DNA from: Planctomycetota bacterium
Lineage (GTDB): Bacteria; Planctomycetota; GCA-002687715; DRQF01
Reading direction: 5' to 3'
NCBI GenBank assembly: GCA_036479435.1
Contig: JAZGFI010000014.1
Location: 1 to 11,016, forward strand
Length of the DNA: 11,016 nt
Shown here: piece by piece, positions 1 to 5,865 of the stretch
Numbering within the stretch: the stretch's first letter is position 1
Layout of the letters: every line of letters begins with the position of its first letter
Made by a program: the position numbers and the translations under genes
The notes under the pieces: model-generated
Databases searched by the model: none
The model's input: only the letters and a program-made list of their open reading frames with translations
Told to the model about the DNA's origin: nothing

Positions 1-17
1 CCGAGGTTTTCAAAGGC

Positions 18-1949
18 ATGGCTCGGATGCCGACCACCACGCTCTTTGAGGCTCAGAATCCAACGAGCCTCAAAGAGCGTGGCGATAAATCGCCGAATTG
101 CCCTCGACTAAGTTGGCTGCTGACAACCAAGCCCGTTATTGGCGCTGCCATCTTGATGCTCATCGAAGAGAAGAAACTCAAGTTCGACGACCGCGTTTCC
201 AAATACCTTCCGTCCTTCGACGCCGAAAGCACACGCGAGATTACCGTCCAACAACTCCTCTCCCATACCAGTGGTCTACCGATGTCGTTGATCCTCAGCG
301 AAGACCTGTCAAAGCTCGGCGGCATCCAGGCCACCGCGGCTCTGGGTGGCGGCCACCAGCTAAAATTTAAGCCGGGCGAAGGATTTTCCTACAGCGACCA
401 AGGCACCGACACGCTCACTGCGCTGGTCGAGGTGGTCAGCGGTGTGCCCGTCGCCGATTTCGTTTCTAAGCGCATTCTCGACCCCTTGGGCATGAAGGAC
501 AGCGCCTGTGTCATGAGTAAAGGGCATCCCTTGCGCGCACGGGCTTCCAGTAAGTACTCGGGATCTCGCGGAAACTGGCGGCGATTCTGGAACCCCGCCG
601 ACCCTGCCCTGTTTCCGTTTTTCCTCGGCTCCCAGGGGCTGTACTCAACCGCTGAGGACTACGCAAAATTCATGCAGCTGTGGCTTCAAAAGGGGCGAGT
701 TGGCGGCCAGCAGATTCTTGAGCCCGGGCTCGCACAACAGGCCCTCGTTCCTAGCCCGCAGACCTTTCCGTCGCCGACCGCGCTACCCGATCTGACGGCC
801 GACTATGGCTACCTCATGCAATTGTGGCTGAAGGCCGAGGGGATTGCCAAAGGCGATCTTTATGCCTTCGGGCACTCGGGATCCGACGGCACTTACGCCT
901 GGGTGTTCCCCAAACAGAACGCGATGGTGTTTTACTTCACGCAATCTCGCGGCAACACCACGGGCTTGCGCATCGAGGAAGCCCTGGGCGAGCTGTTCTT
1001 TGGCGCCTCGCAAAAGCAGGAATCTGACGCGCCACCATACGCCCAATACCTGGGCTACTACTGGGAGGGCGAAGGCGACCTTTATCGCGCCATCATTCGC
1101 GACGGTGACGACCTTGCCCTTGAGATCTTGGGCAAAGCGATCGTCCCGCTCGACTATCTGGGTGAGGACCGCTGGAAGTTTCGGCCCAATCCGGCGGTGG
1201 TGTTGCACTTTCAACGCGCCAAGACTGGCGAGGTCACTGGTTACAAGATCGGCGAGCACGAGGAGTTCCGTTTCGATCCATCCCCCAAGCTCCCGAAGGC
1301 TATAGAGTTGGCCGCGCGAGTCGCCAAGGCCCACCGTCTCGATCTGCTGAATTCGATCGGTCCTATTCGCATGAGTGGCGAATTGGAGATGCCAAAGATC
1401 AAACTCAAGGGCGAGACCGTCCAACTTTGGGCCGCGCCGAACCGCTACCGCTCCGACGGATTCATGAAAGGACAGTTCGAGCGCCTTGCGTTTGATGGCA
1501 AACAATTCTGGACTAGGTCCAGCGACAAGCCCGTCACCGAAATCAAAGGCCCGGGCGCCGCGCTGTTGCGCGCCAGTAATGCACTCGCCTATTTCGGCAA
1601 CTGGCACCAACACTACCCAAAGTTCGAAGTGATCCAGCGTCTCAGAAAACGGGGACGCGATATCTACTTGGTGCGCGCGGGCGACACTTCAGCCCCCGCC
1701 CCCACGATCTACGTCGACGACAAAACGGGCCGAGTCATCCACGTCGACACCATGACTTACGCCGAGGGCATGGGCCGCATCGGCCAGCGCGTCAATTTCG
1801 GCGACTTCCGCAACGTTTCTGGCCTGCTCTTGCCCCATCGCATGCAAACGAAACTAGCCAGGCCCTTCATCGGCCCCATCATGATCACCTTCACGAAGAT
1901 CGAAGTTGGCGTCAAACTCCCCGAAGGCACCTTCAAACTGAATGACTGA
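18..1949 (+). CDS. Serine hydrolase, beta-lactamase class C / peptidase S12 family, with a DUF3471-like domain and a C-terminal LolA-like beta domain; 5'-truncated or chimeric (family-like sequence starts at ~126), probably inactive as encoded
   Basis: Family motifs: TKPVIGAAILMLIEEKKLKFDDRVSKYLP, ITVQQLLSHTSGL, PGEGFSYSD (YxN position), ILDPLGMKDS, GLYSTAEDYAKF, FGHSGSDG. YLGYY...FQRAKTGEVTG resembles DUF3471. APNRYRSD...AFDGKQFW...FGDFRNVSGLLLPHR resembles a LolA-like sorting-protein domain. The SxxK motif reads L-T-T-K, and the first ~36 aa do not resemble the family. Domain calls are by motif recognition, not HMM. Confidence 0.85.
   Translation: MARMPTTTLFEAQNPTSLKERGDKSPNCPRLSWLLTTKPVIGAAILMLIEEKKLKFDDRVSKYLPSFDAESTREITVQQLLSHTSGLPMSLILSEDLSKLGGIQATAALGGGHQLKFKPGEGFSYSDQGTDTLTALVEVVSGVPVADFVSKRILDPLGMKDSACVMSKGHPLRARASSKYSGSRGNWRRFWNPADPALFPFFLGSQGLYSTAEDYAKFMQLWLQKGRVGGQQILEPGLAQQALVPSPQTFPSPTALPDLTADYGYLMQLWLKAEGIAKGDLYAFGHSGSDGTYAWVFPKQNAMVFYFTQSRGNTTGLRIEEALGELFFGASQKQESDAPPYAQYLGYYWEGEGDLYRAIIRDGDDLALEILGKAIVPLDYLGEDRWKFRPNPAVVLHFQRAKTGEVTGYKIGEHEEFRFDPSPKLPKAIELAARVAKAHRLDLLNSIGPIRMSGELEMPKIKLKGETVQLWAAPNRYRSDGFMKGQFERLAFDGKQFWTRSSDKPVTEIKGPGAALLRASNALAYFGNWHQHYPKFEVIQRLRKRGRDIYLVRAGDTSAPAPTIYVDDKTGRVIHVDTMTYAEGMGRIGQRVNFGDFRNVSGLLLPHRMQTKLARPFIGPIMITFTKIEVGVKLPEGTFKLND
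37..82. repeat. Perfect 18-bp inverted repeat with 10-nt loop (stable hairpin; REP-like or terminator-like)
   Basis: CCACGCTCTTTGAGGCTC (37-54) / loop AGAATCCAAC (55-64) / GAGCCTCAAAGAGCGTGG (65-82). It overlaps a second short palindrome GGCGAT-AA-ATCGCC (81-94). Confidence 0.85.
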
Positions 1950-2125
1950 TCAGGCCGGCGCCCAATTGAGATCAGAAGAGCCCCTTGGTCGCAGTAGTTT
2001 ACTTTGGCTACGCCAACAACAGACTTAAGTCCCGCTCAGGCCTGAAAGCGAGTTGAGCTATCGACAATCGCCCCAGAGCCCTTGGGCAGGCTGACATCTC
2101 AAAGGGCAATCGGTAGGCTCCTTGG

Positions 2126-3481
2126 ATGACCATCCGACATCTTCCGCTTCTGATTTCAATGACGGCAACTGCCTTGCTCCACGCGGCAGGAATTTCAGCC
2201 GCACAGTCCTTCAAGCCCGGCAAGCTCCATCCGGCGGTATCCTGCGCAGCGGATCCCTCGCAGAGCTACGCTCTCTACCTTCCGCCCGGCTACAACAAAG
2301 ATCGGCAGTGGCCGATCCTTTATGGATTCAGTCCCGGCGCCAACGGCCGCCATGTCGTCGAACTCCACCGCGAGGCCGCCAAGCGCTTTGGTTGGATCGT
2401 GGTGGGCAGTAACAACTCTCGAAACGGGCCTTTCGAGGTCATCAAACGTGCCGCTGATGCCATGTGGAAAGACACGCGCAAACGCTTGTCGATAGACAAC
2501 AAGAGGCTGTACGCCACGGGTTTTTCTGGTGGCGGATCCGTCTCCTCGTGGTTCGCCCAGAATCACTCGCTTCCCTTTGCTGGCGTCTTCATGCACGCCC
2601 GCGGCGCTATCGGCGGAATTCCTAGGAAAAAGACCAGCACTTTCTTCATGTTGCTTCCGGGCATCACTAGCGATTTCAACTTCGACGAGTCGGTCAGATT
2701 CTTATGCTTGACTCGCCGCACTGGCACGCGCGCCCACCTAGACGCCCAGCGAGGCGGACACGATTGGGCTCCGAAGAGTTCCTGTCACGCCATGTTGCGG
2801 TACGCAGAACTCATGGCGAGACTCGACGCCACCAGTCCGCCAGATCGTAAGCTCGCCAAATTGGTCGACGAGGAAGCCGCAATGTTGGAAGACCGGCTCA
2901 AGGGCCCCTTGTTTCTTTGTGCCTGGGAACGCCTTGAAGAGCTAGCGGCTCGCGTCCACAAAAAACACAAGTTCAGCAGTCGATTCTCAAAACTCGCCAA
3001 AAAGATGAAACGACGCCTCGAATCCGAGTCTTTAGCCTGGGCCGACTTGGACGAAGGTTGCCTTTTTGACGCCAAGATCAAGGAACGCTACCCATCGATC
3101 GAATCCCTCAACTCTGCAGACCGCTCGCGACGAAAACTCGCCAACGACTACCCAGGCACCACGGCAACTCATCTCGCCATCGCCTCGCAAGTACTGGCAC
3201 CAAGATCACTCGAACGCGTCAACTCCAACGCGGTGCAACCTGAAGTCCACCAGGCCTACGCCGCCTACCTGGCCAAAGTCAAATCGATGTCGGTGGACTT
3301 CGTAGATCAAGCCAAGAAACTCATCAAGAACAAGCAGCTCCACCAGGCCGTCGTAGCCCTTCACCACGGAGTCCTATTGGAAACTGTCAGTTCCGCCACT
3401 CTGAAGAAAAAGACCTTTCGCAAACTGGCCAAGCTCCCCAGCTTTCGACGTCTTAAAAAGGCTCTTAGTACTCAAAACTAA
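2126..3481 (+). CDS. Secreted alpha/beta-fold hydrolase (esterase / phospholipase-carboxylesterase-like) with a helical C-terminal region
   Basis: Signal-peptide-like N-terminus (MTIRHLPLLISMTATALLHAAGISAAQ). SYALYLPPGYNKDRQWPILYGFSP is typical of this family. Nucleophile elbow RLYATGFSGGG (2519-2533), candidate Asp in SDFN, His in GGHDW. Confidence 0.85.
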   Translation: MTIRHLPLLISMTATALLHAAGISAAQSFKPGKLHPAVSCAADPSQSYALYLPPGYNKDRQWPILYGFSPGANGRHVVELHREAAKRFGWIVVGSNNSRNGPFEVIKRAADAMWKDTRKRLSIDNKRLYATGFSGGGSVSSWFAQNHSLPFAGVFMHARGAIGGIPRKKTSTFFMLLPGITSDFNFDESVRFLCLTRRTGTRAHLDAQRGGHDWAPKSSCHAMLRYAELMARLDATSPPDRKLAKLVDEEAAMLEDRLKGPLFLCAWERLEELAARVHKKHKFSSRFSKLAKKMKRRLESESLAWADLDEGCLFDAKIKERYPSIESLNSADRSRRKLANDYPGTTATHLAIASQVLAPRSLERVNSNAVQPEVHQAYAAYLAKVKSMSVDFVDQAKKLIKNKQLHQAVVALHHGVLLETVSSATLKKKTFRKLAKLPSFRRLKKALSTQN

Positions 3482-3614
3482 GGTCTCGATTACGACACGC
3501 TGAACTCAAGCATTGTGCGCCGCATTTCCATCAATCTGCAAGTTGCGATCGACCACACAGAAAGAACCTTCACCCTTGTCACAGAAACCCAGTTTTCAGA
3601 GGAACCGCTGGAAT

Positions 3615-4814
3615 TCAGGGCGCGACGTCAGCGAGAAGCTCAGCGGAAATCTTGAGGATCTCGGGCTCTTCAAGACTTCCCTTGGCGCGGATGATCCCCT
3701 GGTGATCGACAAGGAAAGCGTAGGGGAACTCCCATACCGACCATGACCCCACATACGAACCCTCGGGATCTCCAAGGGTCGGCCAACTAACATCGTTCTT
3801 CTTGATGAAATCTCGAACAACCTGAATGTCGTCGTGGCAGTTAACGCTGACGGTGCGAAAGGGCTTATTGGCATGCCGCTCTGCCAACAGCTTCTGAGTC
3901 GCTGCATAGGTCGCCGACTCTGGACTCCAGCTCCCCCAAAACACGATGAGTTGGACTTTCCCCTCGCCATCTCTGGCCGTAACTTCAGAACCACGAATAC
4001 TCGTACCCACAAGTTTCGGAAGCGGCTTGCCAACTTCGAGACGGCGAACCGTCTCCAGGTGATCGGCGGCCATCATTCTAAGATGCTTTTGCCCCTTGAA
4101 CTTAACCCACGCTCTAGCGGGATCGGCGGCGACCGCTTCCAACACCTTGATGTAGAGCGCTTCATCCACCTGTACCGAGGACTCACGAAGAGCCACGAAT
4201 GCCTTGGTGCCAAGTCTTCGTTGGAAGGCCCTGACGCGCACTTTGTCCGCCCTCTTCACCAACAAGCGCATGACGGCACGAACTCGGATGTGAGTGATCA
4301 GGGCCCGAAGAGCGAAGTGACGCCAAGCCTGCTCTTTGCAAGCCATCCAAGCTTCAAGCCGCGGTGTCACGCTATCACGAGGATCGAGCGCCATGGTTTG
4401 AAACAAGGGACCAACGCCCGCAAATTTTGTGTCGGGCGCGAGCATTCGCTCATACACCCAATCGCTGTCAAAGTAGTCGTTAGTATTCTCGACATTCCAC
4501 AGCATTGCGCTCTGGGCCATGGCGTGGCCAGGTTGGCGAGTTACGAGCCTCTTCAAGCGATTGCTGAAGGGTTTGAATTTCGGCCTGTGTCTAGTGACCC
4601 AGCCAATGACCTTGAGGTCGCCGCCCGGCTTTCCATTCTGGCTGGCCTGATAGGCTCTCATCTTCTCGAGAAAAGCCGGCCCTTTCTTGCCCCAACTTGC
4701 CTTGATCTTTTCGAACTCTCGAGCGAAAGCATCCGGCTTCGCCGTCTGCGCAAGCGAAAAACCCGTGAGGCATCCCCAGGCCATGATCAGCAAGGCCAAT
4801 CTTTTCACCCTCAT
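3615..4814 (-). CDS. Secreted TlpA/ResA-like thioredoxin-domain protein with a helical N-terminal region; CxxC replaced by SxxS
   Basis: Signal peptide (MRVKRLALLIMAWGCLTGFSLAQ). The C-terminal LEVGKPLPKLVG...GKVQLIVFWGSWSPES...VSVN...WPTLGD...WSVWEFPYAFLVDHQGIIRAKG follows the TlpA redoxin pattern, including the cis-Pro position. AGGAG lies 8 nt upstream of the ATG. Confidence 0.85.
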   Translation of the reverse strand: MRVKRLALLIMAWGCLTGFSLAQTAKPDAFAREFEKIKASWGKKGPAFLEKMRAYQASQNGKPGGDLKVIGWVTRHRPKFKPFSNRLKRLVTRQPGHAMAQSAMLWNVENTNDYFDSDWVYERMLAPDTKFAGVGPLFQTMALDPRDSVTPRLEAWMACKEQAWRHFALRALITHIRVRAVMRLLVKRADKVRVRAFQRRLGTKAFVALRESSVQVDEALYIKVLEAVAADPARAWVKFKGQKHLRMMAADHLETVRRLEVGKPLPKLVGTSIRGSEVTARDGEGKVQLIVFWGSWSPESATYAATQKLLAERHANKPFRTVSVNCHDDIQVVRDFIKKNDVSWPTLGDPEGSYVGSWSVWEFPYAFLVDHQGIIRAKGSLEEPEILKISAELLADVAP

Positions 4815-4822
4815 GGCATTTT

Positions 4823-4827
4823 CTCCT
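4823..4827 (-). promoter_or_regulatory. Shine-Dalgarno site for the TlpA-like gene
   Basis: The minus strand reads TAGGAGAAAATGCCATG, with AGGAG 8 nt before the ATG at 4814. Confidence 0.7.
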
Positions 4828-4887
4828 ACGCCTGGGGCACTTCCGTGCTGTTTGCGGAACTGGTTTTGGTCGTCATCGGCGGCCCTA

Positions 4888-5856
4888 TCATTTGTAGTCG
4901 CGCAGCCGCGCTCTTGAGGTCCGCGTGTGGCGATAGGTCCCGCGTTCGTCGGTCTTCAAGAGGGTGCCATTCGCCAACCAGGTGGCAATCGTCCCGGCGG
5001 GCACACCCGCGTCGAGGAGTTCGCGGCGCGACGTTGTAGGCGAACGTTTCGCGGCCGCTTTGGCTGGCTTTTTCTTGCGGCGGGGAGACTTGGCGACCGG
5101 CTGACTCTTCGGCTTGGCCACCGTTGATGATTCGAGGTCGACGTCGATGCCGAAGATATCCCCGAGGTCAACGTCAAGTGCCCGCGATGCTTCGGAGCGT
5201 TTTCTTTGGGTAGATAGGCCGGTCGTGGCCTGAGCTACGAGATCCGAGGGGTCGACGCCGCGCAACTCGAACAGAAGTTCAGGACGTTCATCGAGCCGAA
5301 CCCCGACCCCGTACAAAACCGCCGCTAAGTGCTTGCAGAGCGTTGCCCAATCGGGGCAGCTGCACTGCAACGTGACTTGGCGAAAATCGGGCAGCAGGCC
5401 GTTGTCGACGGTGACGATTTCTTCCATCACCGCGTCGGAAAAGCGTCCTTCTAAAAGCTCGACTAAAGATCCGATCTTGCCTGAGCATCGCTTGACGATG
5501 GTTTTCCAATCCGCGGCGCTACAGTTCTTGACCGTGATGGTCTGCTCGTAGATTTCAGAGCCGACCACCCGGCCGCTGATCTTTCCGCGCCGAATCGCAA
5601 GATCGACGATCGAGCCGTTTCGGGTATAGGTGCGGCCTCGTGGAAGGCGATTCGAGAAATCGTGAAAACTCTCGATGTGGGTACACCAAGTTTTGCCCCA
5701 AGCGGTCCGAGCGATGGTGCGGCCGCGACCCAAGGGCGCGACGGGCTCCCAGATATCCCCGCGCTTTTTGGCTTGTGCAGCCTTTTTCTCGGCGCGAGCC
5801 CGCCGCACTCCGACGGGAACGTATTCTGGAAAGCCGTATCTGTCTTGAGGAGCCAT
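4888..5856 (-). CDS. SWIM zinc-finger protein (partner of the SNF2 ATPase; Rv2102/YwqB-like) with a Lys-rich linker and a C-terminal winged-helix-like domain
   Basis: SWIM motif CSCPDWATLCKH (5329-5364) followed by LAAVLYGVGVRLDERPELLFELRGVD. Family motifs WGKTWC and NRLPRGRTYTRNGSIVDL are present. It starts 9 nt after the SNF2 stop. Confidence 0.92.
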   Translation of the reverse strand: MAPQDRYGFPEYVPVGVRRARAEKKAAQAKKRGDIWEPVAPLGRGRTIARTAWGKTWCTHIESFHDFSNRLPRGRTYTRNGSIVDLAIRRGKISGRVVGSEIYEQTITVKNCSAADWKTIVKRCSGKIGSLVELLEGRFSDAVMEEIVTVDNGLLPDFRQVTLQCSCPDWATLCKHLAAVLYGVGVRLDERPELLFELRGVDPSDLVAQATTGLSTQRKRSEASRALDVDLGDIFGIDVDLESSTVAKPKSQPVAKSPRRKKKPAKAAAKRSPTTSRRELLDAGVPAGTIATWLANGTLLKTDERGTYRHTRTSRARLRDYK

Positions 5857-5865
5857 GACCGTGTT

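Noticed and set aside
783..1613. 276-aa - strand ORF and other short ORFs nested in the seven main genes
   Set aside because: These are antisense or alternate-frame shadows of well-supported CDSs with no domain signal.
18..1949. Functional beta-lactam resistance gene
   Set aside because: It belongs to the broad S12 hydrolase family, lacks the catalytic Ser and a signal peptide as encoded, and has YSD in place of YxN.
3482..3614. Terminator or repeat between the convergent esterase and TlpA-like genes (CACAGAAA occurs twice)
   Set aside because: No convincing stem with a U-tract, and the 8-mer repeat is too short to distinguish from chance.
3915..3926. Selenocysteine recoding in the thioredoxin motif
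   Set aside because: The codons are AGT and TCG, and there is no in-frame TGA.
4838..4862. Small inverted repeat TTCCG-N9-CGGAA between the SWIM and TlpA-like genes
   Set aside because: The stem is only 5 bp on the transcribed strand with no U-tract, too weak to call a terminator or operator.
3834..5039. 401-aa + strand ORF
   Set aside because: It lies antisense to the TlpA-like and SWIM genes, which have clear motifs. It has no recognisable motif and is Arg/His-rich, like a typical high-GC shadow ORF.
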